From Candidatus Pacearchaeota archaeon (GTDB lineage: Archaea > Nanobdellota > Nanobdellia > Pacearchaeales > UBA284): DNA of 64,000 nt. The position numbers and the translations under genes are program-made. The DNA lies in assembly GCA_026395795.1 (NCBI GenBank), contig JAPLYB010000041.1:113-64112 (forward strand), given 5' to 3'. The notes under the pieces are model-generated. The model saw nothing but the letters and a program-made list of their open reading frames with translations. It did no database searches and was not told the origin of the DNA. This document shows positions 1-9,173 of the stretch, piece by piece; position 1 is the stretch's first letter, and every line of letters starts with the position of its first letter.

Positions 1-268
1 AGAGAACTGATGATTAGTATACAGTATCGTCCTTATAATATGTTTAATAGGTTTAATCTTACTTCCTTTTCCATATAATAATTTTTTTAGTAAACTGGCG
101 GATGATATGTTAAATATAACATCTAATTTGTCTTATTTGGATTTTATAATATTTATGGTTGGATTATTTGTAGGAATAATTATTGCTCAACTTAAAAAAC
201 CGGTTCCTTGTCCTAAATGAAGGAATGGGAAGAAAAAGATTTAAATTGCTGAGTTTCCTTCATAAACT

Positions 269-634
269 ATGAAATTTAAAATAAGTGTTTGGACTATATT
301 GTTAATCTTGTTATCCATATATCTGATTGGATTGGCTTGTCTCGAGTATAGTGCCAGTATAAAAGCAGAGAAGTTCTATAATGAGCAGTTTGAAAAGCAC
401 CTTAATGAAACCCCTGCCCTTCCTTCAAATATTATAAATATGTCTCAGGCAGAATTTGAAGTTTGGAATAAGGAAAATACAATAAAACAAATCCAAAATG
501 AAATTGATGATAACTGGTGGATGGATACCTATATTAGCTGGGATATAAGAGCTAAAATGCATTTCCTTATGGCATTACTTGCTATTCTTATGACTATCCT
601 TTCTTGGAGAATTGATTTAAAGAAAAAGGTTTAA
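269..634 (+). CDS. small membrane protein, hypothetical
   Basis: ORF with hydrophobic N- and C-terminal helices (WTILLILLSIYLIGLACL; LMALLAILMTIL). It is preceded by a ~40-bp leader that recurs before the next gene. Confidence 0.4.
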   Translation: MKFKISVWTILLILLSIYLIGLACLEYSASIKAEKFYNEQFEKHLNETPALPSNIINMSQAEFEVWNKENTIKQIQNEIDDNWWMDTYISWDIRAKMHFLMALLAILMTILSWRIDLKKKV

Positions 635-658
635 ATTATTGAGTTTCTTATATAAACT

Positions 659-1132
659 ATGAATAAAAGAGGGACGATAGTAACGTTCATGCCATTGAAA
701 TGGTATTTGATAGGGCTGGGTGTTCTTATTTTGGGCGGTGTTATCTATTGGTACTTGGTGGGTTTTATAAGTCTACCAAGGTTACCAACAAATTGCCCAA
801 CAGGAATACCCAAATATGTTACACTAGACTGCCCACCAGCATTTCTAGGGGTAAACGAATATGACACTTCTCCTTGCAGGTGGACAACGTATCAAGGAGA
901 TAACAATTATTTTTATTGTGAGAATCCTAACAGCCGAGCAATTGGGGTTATTCTAAATTTATCAGACAACTCGACTGTAGGGGGTGGGGAACCCAACACT
1001 GACGCAGTACTCTCTGATATTATTTTCTACAGCCCAGATAATCTCACGGTGGCGTGTGGTAGTAATTATAGGAACCGAGATATCATATTTTATAAAGTAG
1101 TTTCAGTTAAATGCAGTCGGGCTATTTTTTAG
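659..1132 (+). CDS. small membrane-anchored Cys-containing protein, hypothetical
   Basis: N-terminal TM helix (WYLIGLGVLILGGVIYWYLVGF) followed by a Cys-containing ectodomain. Same repeated leader as the upstream gene. Confidence 0.4.
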   Translation: MNKRGTIVTFMPLKWYLIGLGVLILGGVIYWYLVGFISLPRLPTNCPTGIPKYVTLDCPPAFLGVNEYDTSPCRWTTYQGDNNYFYCENPNSRAIGVILNLSDNSTVGGGEPNTDAVLSDIIFYSPDNLTVACGSNYRNRDIIFYKVVSVKCSRAIF

Positions 1133-1211
1133 AGAAAAAGGCAAAATAGTGTCTCGTGTCAACCTTTTATGATTAGAGTTCGAATACTCTCAATTTTAAA
1201 AAAATTGGGAG

Positions 1212-1345
1212 GTCAAAAAATTATTAATTTTTTAGACTCGTTGGGAGCATCTTTCTATTTACAGTAGAAACTATCTTCTATTGATAATATGCTCGAAAAT
1301 GAAAAGCATTTTCGGCATGCAGAAAAAGTTATCTTTTTCTAGCAG
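1212..1345. repeat. array of A-run/T-run hairpins with GCATGC junction (locus A)
   Basis: Successive inverted repeats: GTCAAAAAATTA/TAATTTTTTAGAC, TTTCTA/TAGAAA, CGAAAATG/CATTTTCG, then GCATGC, then AGAAAAAG-TTAT-CTTTTTCT. Confidence 0.6.
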
Positions 1346-1362
1346 AAAGATTAAAAGAATTC

Positions 1363-2604
1363 TTAAGAAGATAATTTATCATTGATCTTCTTTAAATTAA
1401 AAAGAATTATTTTCTGCAAAGTTTGATAGAGTTTGGTATCATCTCTTTTCATTGAACCTTTTGTATAACTAAGATATTCATCAAGCAACCCGAAAGGAAT
1501 ATCTACTATTGGAATATCTTCAAATTGCAATAAATGGAAAGTAATTAACCTTGTTGTCCTGCTATTTCCATCTTCAAATGGGTGGATATGCTGAAATTCA
1601 TTATGAAAATAAACTGCAAAATTTAAAATTTCCTTGAGATTAGATTTTTTCTTGATAAATTTATTATAATCCTCTAATAGTTTATTCAATTCATCTTCTA
1701 TTTTTTCTACTTTAGCAATTCTAAAATTTGGATTGCCTTTAATATGGACTTGTATCTTCCTTGTTCTTCCAGCAATTTCTGAATTGTGCTGCATGGCTAG
1801 AGTATGATAATTAAGAATTGTCTGTATCGTAAGTGGCTTTTTATTTTGGCTGTCCAATAACATCTGGGTAAGCGCTTTCTGATAATTTTTTACCTCATCA
1901 ACATCTTCGCTTCTTAAGTTTGAAGGGATTATCTTATCCCTAAGAATCCTTCTAGTTTGTGGCAAAGTTATGGGATTGCCTTCCAATGCAAGGCTATGGT
2001 GAATGAATGATATTTCAAAATCTTCTAAAATTTGTTTATACTTCACTTCTTTTCCTTTTCTTAATTTTCTAAATTTAGCTAACTCTTTTTCTATACTCAT
2101 CAAGTAATTAGAATGGTATTCTGCTATGACCTCTTTTTTATATCCAAAATAAACAAAAATATTATTTAATAGGGTATTATAGAAGATTTTTGCCCTAAGT
2201 GGTTTTTCTGCAATTATCAAAATTAATCCATTCTTGCTTAAAATTTCTACATATTTTTTAACGGTTCTTGGATTTAATTTTATGCTTTTTGAATTAATTT
2301 CTCCTATTTGTAATGCTTGATTAATAAATTCTGCAATGTTTTTGTCCAGAATCTCGTTATAATTTAAGTCATTGCTTAAGCAATGATAAATTATATCATA
2401 AAGAATTTTTGCTTTATCTGTCCTGCTTGCTTGAAATCCATAACCGGTTTTTACCAAGAGTTTTTCATTAGCAAGTTCTGTTAGAATTCGGAGAATGTTG
2501 TCATACTCTCTTTCATCTTTGTTTAACAGCTTTAATATTTCAATAGGTTTTATGGGATGTTTATATTTATAAACAAGTTCAAAAATATCGTACTTTGTAA
2601 CCAT
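1363..2604 (-). CDS. Fic-domain protein (AMPylase family) with N-terminal wHTH-like region
   Basis: Canonical Fic motif HPFEDGNSRTTR (HxFx[D/E]GNxRxxR) near the C-terminus. Confidence 0.8.
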   Translation of the reverse strand: MVTKYDIFELVYKYKHPIKPIEILKLLNKDEREYDNILRILTELANEKLLVKTGYGFQASRTDKAKILYDIIYHCLSNDLNYNEILDKNIAEFINQALQIGEINSKSIKLNPRTVKKYVEILSKNGLILIIAEKPLRAKIFYNTLLNNIFVYFGYKKEVIAEYHSNYLMSIEKELAKFRKLRKGKEVKYKQILEDFEISFIHHSLALEGNPITLPQTRRILRDKIIPSNLRSEDVDEVKNYQKALTQMLLDSQNKKPLTIQTILNYHTLAMQHNSEIAGRTRKIQVHIKGNPNFRIAKVEKIEDELNKLLEDYNKFIKKKSNLKEILNFAVYFHNEFQHIHPFEDGNSRTTRLITFHLLQFEDIPIVDIPFGLLDEYLSYTKGSMKRDDTKLYQTLQKIILFNLKKINDKLSS

Positions 2605-2673
2605 AAGATTCGTACGTTAAAGAGCTTTATAAATCTTACTATTTTGTATCATTTATCGGTAAAAAACCTATAA

Positions 2674-3131
2674 ATGATGCTATTTGGCACTATTTATAGA
2701 GATTTATTAAGGGTTGAAGACGTAGAAGGAAAAGCAGATAATTTTATGTTTTTGTATTCTCAAGAAAAAGGAAGACTTTTTTATATAGACTTGGGATGCA
2801 GTTTAGGGATTAGAGCTAAAGAAGGGGTTGTTTTGGTAAAAGGAAATGTTATTGGAGATTTAGACAGATCCAAACTAAAAGAATTGGGGAAAAAATTAGC
2901 AAGTACTCCATAAAGACAAACAATGGTAAAAGACTCGTAAAGATGGATTGGTTAGTTGACACGTTGGGGGAATTGAACATTCCAACTTTAAATCCAAAAC
3001 CAGAATACGCACCCCTTAATTCTTTGTTGGAAGAAGGAGAAATAGAAACTCTAAAAAAGTTTTTAATTGTATGTTTCGGAGAGCAGATTAATAAATACAA
3101 AGACTCTGACAAAGTAGTTAGATGTTTCTAA
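2674..3131 (+). pseudogene. possible degraded gene (two short ORFs 2674-2913 and 2943-3131)
   Basis: Two adjacent short ORFs separated by stops. The first has a weak kinase-catalytic-loop-like string (ADNFMF...YIDLG). Very weak support. Confidence 0.2.
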
Positions 3132-3196
3132 TAATCAAAAATAACTCGTAGGCCATATTTACAAAAATTTATAAGTTTAGAAAGAATGTTTCTTGC

Positions 3197-4681
3197 ATGA
3201 TAGATTATCAAAAAATTGGGTTGAAGTCTGGACTTGAGATTCATCAGCAGCTTGATACGCATAAATTATTCTGCTTGTGCCCTTCTGTGTTGAAACAAAG
3301 CGAGCCAGATATGATTGTTAAGAGAAAGATAAAAGCAGTTACAGGAGAAACAGGAAAAATTGATGAAGCAGCTGCTTTTGAGCAAGCTCGTGAGAGAGAG
3401 TTTGAATATGAATTTTATAAAGATGCTAATTGCCTTGTTGAACTAGATGAAAGCCCACCACATACAATCAACCATGAAGCACTAAAGATTGCATTGCAAA
3501 TTGCTTTATTGCTTAACTGTGAAATGTATCCTATTGTTCAGGTTATGAGGAAAACTGTGATAGATGGTTCTAACACTTCTGGATTTCAAAGAACTGTTTT
3601 GATTGCTCATAATGGTTTTATTGAAACATCTCAGGGAAAAGTGGGGATTGATTATGTTATGCTTGAAGAAGATGCTGCTAGACCTGCACAAGCTGCTGTT
3701 TCAAGTGAAGGAGTTGATGAACCTGGATTTGAGAGCTCTAAGAGATACAAACTTGACAGACTTGGGATTCCTCTTGTTGAAATCGCAACTGCTGCTGATC
3801 TGCATTCTGCAGAACAAATCAAAGAAGCTGCAATGAAGATTGGAGAGATATTAAGAGCTTGTAAAGTTAAAAGGGGGATAGGAACAATAAGACAAGATGT
3901 TAATGTTTCCATTAAAGGGAGTGAAAGAGTTGAGATAAAAGGGTTTCAGGATCCTAAGATGATGATAAGAACAATTGATCTTGAAATAGAGAGACAGCAA
4001 AAATGCATCAAAGAAAAATCATGCAAGAAAGAAGTCAGAAAAGCGAATCCTGATGGAACAACAATATTCTTAAGACCTATGCCTGGAGCAGCTAGAATGT
4101 ATCCTGAAACAGACTTGTCTCTAATCGAGATATCAAATGAATTTATCAAAGAAATTAAAAAAGAACTTCCAAGATTAAAAGAAGAAATCTCTTTAGAATT
4201 AAAAGAACAGGGTCTTAATCCAGAACTCACAAAACTAATTCTTGCTGAAAACAAACTGGAGGAGTTTAAAGCATTACTACAAACTGCAGACAAACCAAAT
4301 TTAGCAGCAAAATTATTAGTTTTGCTTCCAAAAGAAATCTCAAGCCACGAAAAAATTCCCATGGAAGAAGTGAATGAGAAGATTAATATTGATGTTATTG
4401 AAACAGTTTTCCAGGAGATTGTTAAGGGAAAGGTTCCTGAAAGTGCTGCGAAGCAGATTATGATTGACATTATCCATGGGAAAAATCTTAATAATATAAT
4501 AAAAGAAATGGTATCACAATCATCATCTTCTGAAAACATTGAGAATGATGTTCAAGATATAATCAAGAGTAAATCTGGATTGACATTAAATGCTTACATG
4601 GGCCTAGTTATGGCAAAGTTTAGAGGAAAAGTAGACGCTGGGAAAGTGATGGAGATACTGAAGAAGTATGTCAAATCCTAA
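3197..4681 (+). CDS. gatE: Glu-tRNA(Gln) amidotransferase subunit E (GatE), short form
   Basis: N-terminus GLKSGLEIHQQLDTHKLFC, plus VIDGSNTSGFQRT, LEEDAAR, DRLGIPLVEI, GIGTIRQDVNVS and a C-terminal YqeY-like tail. All match the archaeal GatE pattern. At 494 aa it is shorter than the ~620 aa expected. Confidence 0.75.
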   Translation: MIDYQKIGLKSGLEIHQQLDTHKLFCLCPSVLKQSEPDMIVKRKIKAVTGETGKIDEAAAFEQAREREFEYEFYKDANCLVELDESPPHTINHEALKIALQIALLLNCEMYPIVQVMRKTVIDGSNTSGFQRTVLIAHNGFIETSQGKVGIDYVMLEEDAARPAQAAVSSEGVDEPGFESSKRYKLDRLGIPLVEIATAADLHSAEQIKEAAMKIGEILRACKVKRGIGTIRQDVNVSIKGSERVEIKGFQDPKMMIRTIDLEIERQQKCIKEKSCKKEVRKANPDGTTIFLRPMPGAARMYPETDLSLIEISNEFIKEIKKELPRLKEEISLELKEQGLNPELTKLILAENKLEEFKALLQTADKPNLAAKLLVLLPKEISSHEKIPMEEVNEKINIDVIETVFQEIVKGKVPESAAKQIMIDIIHGKNLNNIIKEMVSQSSSSENIENDVQDIIKSKSGLTLNAYMGLVMAKFRGKVDAGKVMEILKKYVKS

Positions 4682-4692
4682 AAATTAGGAAT

Positions 4693-5898
4693 TTATCTGA
4701 CTTCAAATTCCTTTAATAATTCCCAAATATATTTTCCTTTTTTCTCTCCCTTTAATCCAACTGTGATGGTCTTGCATTTATATTCTTTTGAAAAAAGGTT
4801 TAAATTCTTATTATCCAAATTTGAAAAGTTGTATTTTGCCTCGATTGCATAAAACTCTTTGTCTTTTACTATAAAATCTATCTCTTGTTTGTTCTTAGTT
4901 CTCCAAAAATTAATTTTCTTGTTCGCTTTCATTAATTCTAAAAAAACAAAGGTTTCAAATGAGCTTCCTAGAATAACCTTCGGAAATTCCTTTAACCACA
5001 AAAGGTGCATCATTCCAGTATCTAAAAAAAAGACCTTTGGATTCTTTGACAGTTCACTTCTCAAATTTTTATGAAAGGGAGTTATTCTTTTTATTATAAA
5101 AGTATTTTCTAATAAATCAAGATACTCTAAAACAGTCTCTCTATTGATTTTTAACGTATCAGAAACTTCTAAAACATTAAGGAGCTGTCCAGACTGAGAA
5201 GCGAGTAGTTCAAGAAGTTTATTAAAAGAAGATATATTTCTAATATTTCCCAAGTCTCTTATGTCTTTTCTGACATACGTGCTAATTATTTGACCCAAAT
5301 AAGCTTGTTTTTTCTCCTCAGATTTTTCCAAAACAATTTTAGGGTAACCTCCAAATCGGATGTATTCTTCAGCGAACTCTACTAATTCATCATTTATTAG
5401 TTTTGTATTTTCCTTACCCAGTTTATACCCCTTCCCCTTAAATATTAAAAACTCCTCGAAACTTAATGGATAAATCTCAAAATTTATGGTTCTGCCAACA
5501 AGAGATTCTTTGAATTTCTTTTTTATTTCAAAGGTAGAAGAACCAGAAACTAATACTTTTATACTTGGATAGTGGTCGTGTATGATTTTTAAAAATTTAG
5601 TCGGATTATCCATATATTGAATCTCATCGATTATCAAAAAAATTTTTTGCTTTTCATCAGCTCCTTTCTGAATCAGATACTTAAAAATACCTTCAGCTCC
5701 TTGATTACATAGTTCCAAGAGATTTGGCAATTCCAAGTCAAAATAAAAAACATTTTTCTTTAGATAATTTTCGATTAGATACTTTAAAAGAAAGGTTTTT
5801 CCCACTTGCCTTGCCCCATAGATTACTATTACTTCCTTTGAGTCTAGATATTTTACTATTTCGTCAACAATTCTTCTTTTGTAGATAATCTCTCCCAT
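4693..5898 (-). CDS. AAA+ ATPase, COG1373/DUF4143-type
   Basis: Walker A GARQVGKT and Walker B LIIDEIQ. Same architecture as the two paralogs at 34397 and 43578. Confidence 0.75.
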   Translation of the reverse strand: MGEIIYKRRIVDEIVKYLDSKEVIVIYGARQVGKTFLLKYLIENYLKKNVFYFDLELPNLLELCNQGAEGIFKYLIQKGADEKQKIFLIIDEIQYMDNPTKFLKIIHDHYPSIKVLVSGSSTFEIKKKFKESLVGRTINFEIYPLSFEEFLIFKGKGYKLGKENTKLINDELVEFAEEYIRFGGYPKIVLEKSEEKKQAYLGQIISTYVRKDIRDLGNIRNISSFNKLLELLASQSGQLLNVLEVSDTLKINRETVLEYLDLLENTFIIKRITPFHKNLRSELSKNPKVFFLDTGMMHLLWLKEFPKVILGSSFETFVFLELMKANKKINFWRTKNKQEIDFIVKDKEFYAIEAKYNFSNLDNKNLNLFSKEYKCKTITVGLKGEKKGKYIWELLKEFEVR

Positions 5899-5937
5899 TT
5901 TTATTCTCCATCTTCTAACTTCATTTAAATTAGTTAT

Positions 5938-5967
5938 ACTTTTTGTATAGCATAGTATACAAAAAGT
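5938..5967. promoter_or_regulatory. palindrome upstream of ATPase gene (candidate operator)
   Basis: ACTTTTTGTATA-GCATAG-TATACAAAAAGT, perfect 12-bp arms, 40-70 nt upstream of the start at 5898. Confidence 0.45.
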
Positions 5968-6199
5968 CAGAGTTTATAAACCTTTCTTTTTCAGGATACT
6001 GTAAACTTACAGGGATATCCCCTATTTTATGAATAATTTGAAAATATTATCGAACATTCTATAAAATTTGTTTTAGTCGATTATGATAATAGATATCGAC
6101 GATAACCTGATTTATTGATAACACCAAAACATAACTTCAGACGCCTAAGTAGATACGTTAAAACATAAATATTATAAAGTAAGTTTTTCTTAATATAAC

Positions 6200-6751
6200 A
6201 TGGCAAAAGACGAAGAGGAATATAAACAAACTGCAGAGCAAGCGAATGAACTGATTGGTAAGGCAGACAAATTGAAGAATAAAATAAAGGTAGACAGATA
6301 TCTTAAAACAGCAGACAAACTTCGAGCAACAAATCCTGCAGAGGCGGGAGCAATGTACGCTCGTGTTGGGAGAGTTGGAGGGGAAGAATATTCTGAGTAT
6401 ACTGGTAAGGCAAGAGCAATTGCTACAAATCTGGCATTAAAACATGATAGAGACGGGGCAATGTATGTAAGATCAGAAATCAGCAGAAAAGATAATTCAG
6501 TATATGCTAAAAAATTAGAAACTAATGAAGAATATGCAGAAGCTGGAATGGCTTATTTTATGGCCGGAAATTATGCTAAGTCTGAAGAAATGATGGATTC
6601 AGCAAAAAAGACAGGAAATGTTTTAGGCGCATATAAGATAATGGGTTCATTTCTCCTAAAAGAACTAGCTTCTCTGAAAAAGATGGGCTTGCTTGGAAAT
6701 CAATATGAAGAAAAGCAACAGCAAGGTGAAGAGCAAAAAGCTCAAGAATAG
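6200..6751 (+). CDS. hypothetical protein, helical and charged
   Basis: Long ORF in an otherwise ORF-poor interval. No recognisable motif. Confidence 0.4.
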   Translation: MAKDEEEYKQTAEQANELIGKADKLKNKIKVDRYLKTADKLRATNPAEAGAMYARVGRVGGEEYSEYTGKARAIATNLALKHDRDGAMYVRSEISRKDNSVYAKKLETNEEYAEAGMAYFMAGNYAKSEEMMDSAKKTGNVLGAYKIMGSFLLKELASLKKMGLLGNQYEEKQQQGEEQKAQE

Positions 6752-6805
6752 TAATTTAATTGATAGTTAGTTATCAAAAAAAGAAAAGGGGTAAAAAAGA
6801 GGAAT

Positions 6806-7237
6806 ATGTTTCAAATTCAATTTGGGGCGGCAGAAGTAGAAATTCTTATTAAGCTTGTGCTAGCGGCTTTATTTGGTTTAATAATCGGATTCGAGAGAAG
6901 AGCAAGGAATTATGGTCTTGGATCTAGAACTTCAATGCTCGTATGTATTGGAGCTTGTTTGTTTACTATTGGGGCAACTTATGGGGGAGATGTAACAGGT
7001 TTAGGAAGAGTTGCTCAGGGACTTGCAACTGGTGTAGGATTTATCGGAGCAGCTATAATCTGGAGACAACCTCAAAATCCCGTAGTAGTTCATGGTTTAA
7101 CAAGTGCCGTAGCTGTTTGGGTGTTGACTGCAATTGGCTTCGCTCTTGGAGCAGGAGCATATGCTGCAGCAGTTCTTGTTACTTTTGGTGTTCTTATCAT
7201 CCTCTTAGTCAGGCATTTTAAGTATAAATATGGTTAA
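6806..7237 (+). CDS. MgtC/SapB family membrane protein
   Basis: LVLAALFGLIIGFERR signature followed by Gly/Ala-rich TM helices. Size is typical of an MgtC-domain-only protein. Confidence 0.75.
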   Translation: MFQIQFGAAEVEILIKLVLAALFGLIIGFERRARNYGLGSRTSMLVCIGACLFTIGATYGGDVTGLGRVAQGLATGVGFIGAAIIWRQPQNPVVVHGLTSAVAVWVLTAIGFALGAGAYAAAVLVTFGVLIILLVRHFKYKYG

Positions 7238-7320
7238 TATGCTGATTCTAGAATAATTTTCTAAATGACAATATTTAAAAATTAATTTCTCTATGATAAT
7301 AGGTAAGAAAAAGAGGCAAG

Positions 7321-8079
7321 ATGAAGAAATCTAGAAAAGCTGCAAAGATTGTAAAATCTAAAGTTCGTCTTATTGAAGACAAGAAGAGTATGAAAGGAAA
7401 AGAGAATGCTTCTGCTCTTGGAAAGATTCATGTAAAAATCAACGCTTCTCTTGGAAAAATGATTAAGGCTTCTTGGATTCACAAAGATATGCTCTATGTC
7501 ATCTGTGTAAACAAACAGATTCTTTATCTGACAAAATACTTTTCAGAAACTTATGATATTCCCCATGAAAAAGTCAGAGTCGGAAGCATGGAGGATTTGA
7601 TAAAAGAGATATCAAATCACAACACTCGGGTTTTGATAAGCATCAGAGAAGGAAAGATTATCTATGATCCTTTTAAGTTTTTGGGGTCTTTGAAAATTAA
7701 TATAGAAAAAGGCATGATGATTGGAACTAAAGAAGTTATATTAAAAAAATTCTTGTTGATAAAAGATTATCTAAAAGAAATAGAAAATCTAAAGAGAGAT
7801 ATATTCGATAACATTTATACTTCCACTATTGAGGCTAGTCAAACAGCACTCATTCTTGGAGGACATTCAGTTCTTATTCCTAGATTAATACCTGAAATTT
7901 TGAAAAAGAAAATTGGGGGAAGAAAGATGGAAAGAACATATATCAGTTATGCTTCAGAAATCATAAAGATGTACAAAGCTTATGAACACAAAAAAATTGA
8001 TCTCCCTAATGGGAAGAAATTAGATGATCTAACAATAAAAGCAATGTTGTTCAGAGAAGCTGTAAAAAAGTTGGTGTAG
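7321..8079 (+). CDS. hypothetical protein, distant paralog of the downstream NTase-fold protein
   Basis: The C-terminal half resembles 8376-9158 (TIEASQTALILGG vs ATEAAQILLLF), but the G-S...DxD nucleotidyltransferase signature is absent. Confidence 0.45.
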   Translation: MKKSRKAAKIVKSKVRLIEDKKSMKGKENASALGKIHVKINASLGKMIKASWIHKDMLYVICVNKQILYLTKYFSETYDIPHEKVRVGSMEDLIKEISNHNTRVLISIREGKIIYDPFKFLGSLKINIEKGMMIGTKEVILKKFLLIKDYLKEIENLKRDIFDNIYTSTIEASQTALILGGHSVLIPRLIPEILKKKIGGRKMERTYISYASEIIKMYKAYEHKKIDLPNGKKLDDLTIKAMLFREAVKKLV

Positions 8080-8375
8080 ATAAAGAATGTAATAAAAAGA
8101 GTTAGACAACAAAGCAATCATCAAAAATAAACTATAAATTGATATGAATATCATAAAGATAAATTCGAGAAAGATAACGTTGTTGACAAAGCAAAAACAC
8201 GAGATAATTTATGAATTATTATTAAAGAGCTTGTATAAAAACAATGTCACCAGCAATAAAAAATAAAATCAATGTTATAAAGATAAGTTAAATTAACTAT
8301 CAATTCGGAAGATCATATCAAAAAACAATGTTGTAATCATTAAACAGAATAAATTAAATTTATATTATCCTAAAA

Positions 8376-9158
8376 ATGGAAGAAAAAATAGAAAAGAAAG
8401 GAGTGAAAGTAAGTCCGCAGCTCTTGAAAAAGAATTTGAATCCTTTGTTGAAATATAAAAGATGTATAGAAGCAATCTATGTTTATGGCAGTGCTGTAAC
8501 TAAAAAAGCAGCAAATGATATTGATGTGCTAATTGTGATAAATGATTCAATGATTCCTCCTAGCCAGTATGCTTTAGACGGGATTGAAAGAAAATGCGGC
8601 ATGATTGAACAAGAAGGTAGAGACAAAGGATTGATTTTTCATTTTCAACCATTAAGGATGCTAAGCAGATGGTGGCACTTGCTTCTTGATGGAGAGCCTT
8701 GGATAACCAGTTCATTGAAAAATATTATTGTTATCTACGATAAAAAGGGATTATTAACAGAGGTCTCAGAACTCGTTAGGGAAGAGATACTTTACAGAAA
8801 AGAAGAAAGAGCTGAAAAATTAATTGAAAGAAGCGATGTGTATCTCTTGAAAAACAGGCATTTGCTGTTGAATAGCCTGAAAACATTGTCAGATGCTGCT
8901 ACAGAAGCTGCACAAATTCTCTTGTTGTTTGATAATAAACTAATTCTAAACAAGAAAAAAATTGTTGAAGAACTTGAAAATCATTACATGAGTAAGATTG
9001 GCGGAGATATTGTTGGAAATTATAGAGAGATTGTGGACTTAGAAGAAAAAATGGAAAAAGGGGCGCTAAGTGAATTCTCAGCTGAAAACTTAGATTATTA
9101 TCTTGAAAAGATGGCAAGGTTCATCGAAAAGGTCGAGGTAATGCTTGGTGGAAAGTAA
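8376..9158 (+). CDS. nucleotidyltransferase-domain protein
   Basis: IYVYGSAVTKKAANDIDVLIVIN matches the minimal NTase G-S-x(n)-DxD motif. Confidence 0.6.
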   Translation: MEEKIEKKGVKVSPQLLKKNLNPLLKYKRCIEAIYVYGSAVTKKAANDIDVLIVINDSMIPPSQYALDGIERKCGMIEQEGRDKGLIFHFQPLRMLSRWWHLLLDGEPWITSSLKNIIVIYDKKGLLTEVSELVREEILYRKEERAEKLIERSDVYLLKNRHLLLNSLKTLSDAATEAAQILLLFDNKLILNKKKIVEELENHYMSKIGGDIVGNYREIVDLEEKMEKGALSEFSAENLDYYLEKMARFIEKVEVMLGGK

Positions 9159-9173
9159 AATCTAATCTAAAAA

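Noticed and set aside
1141-1200. T-arm-like string AGAGTTCGAATACTCT, suggesting a tRNA or a split-tRNA half
   Set aside because: No acceptor, D or anticodon arm can be built. The flanks are AT-rich, unlike the GC-rich stems of the two real tRNAs. The candidate acceptor pairing is too short and mismatched.
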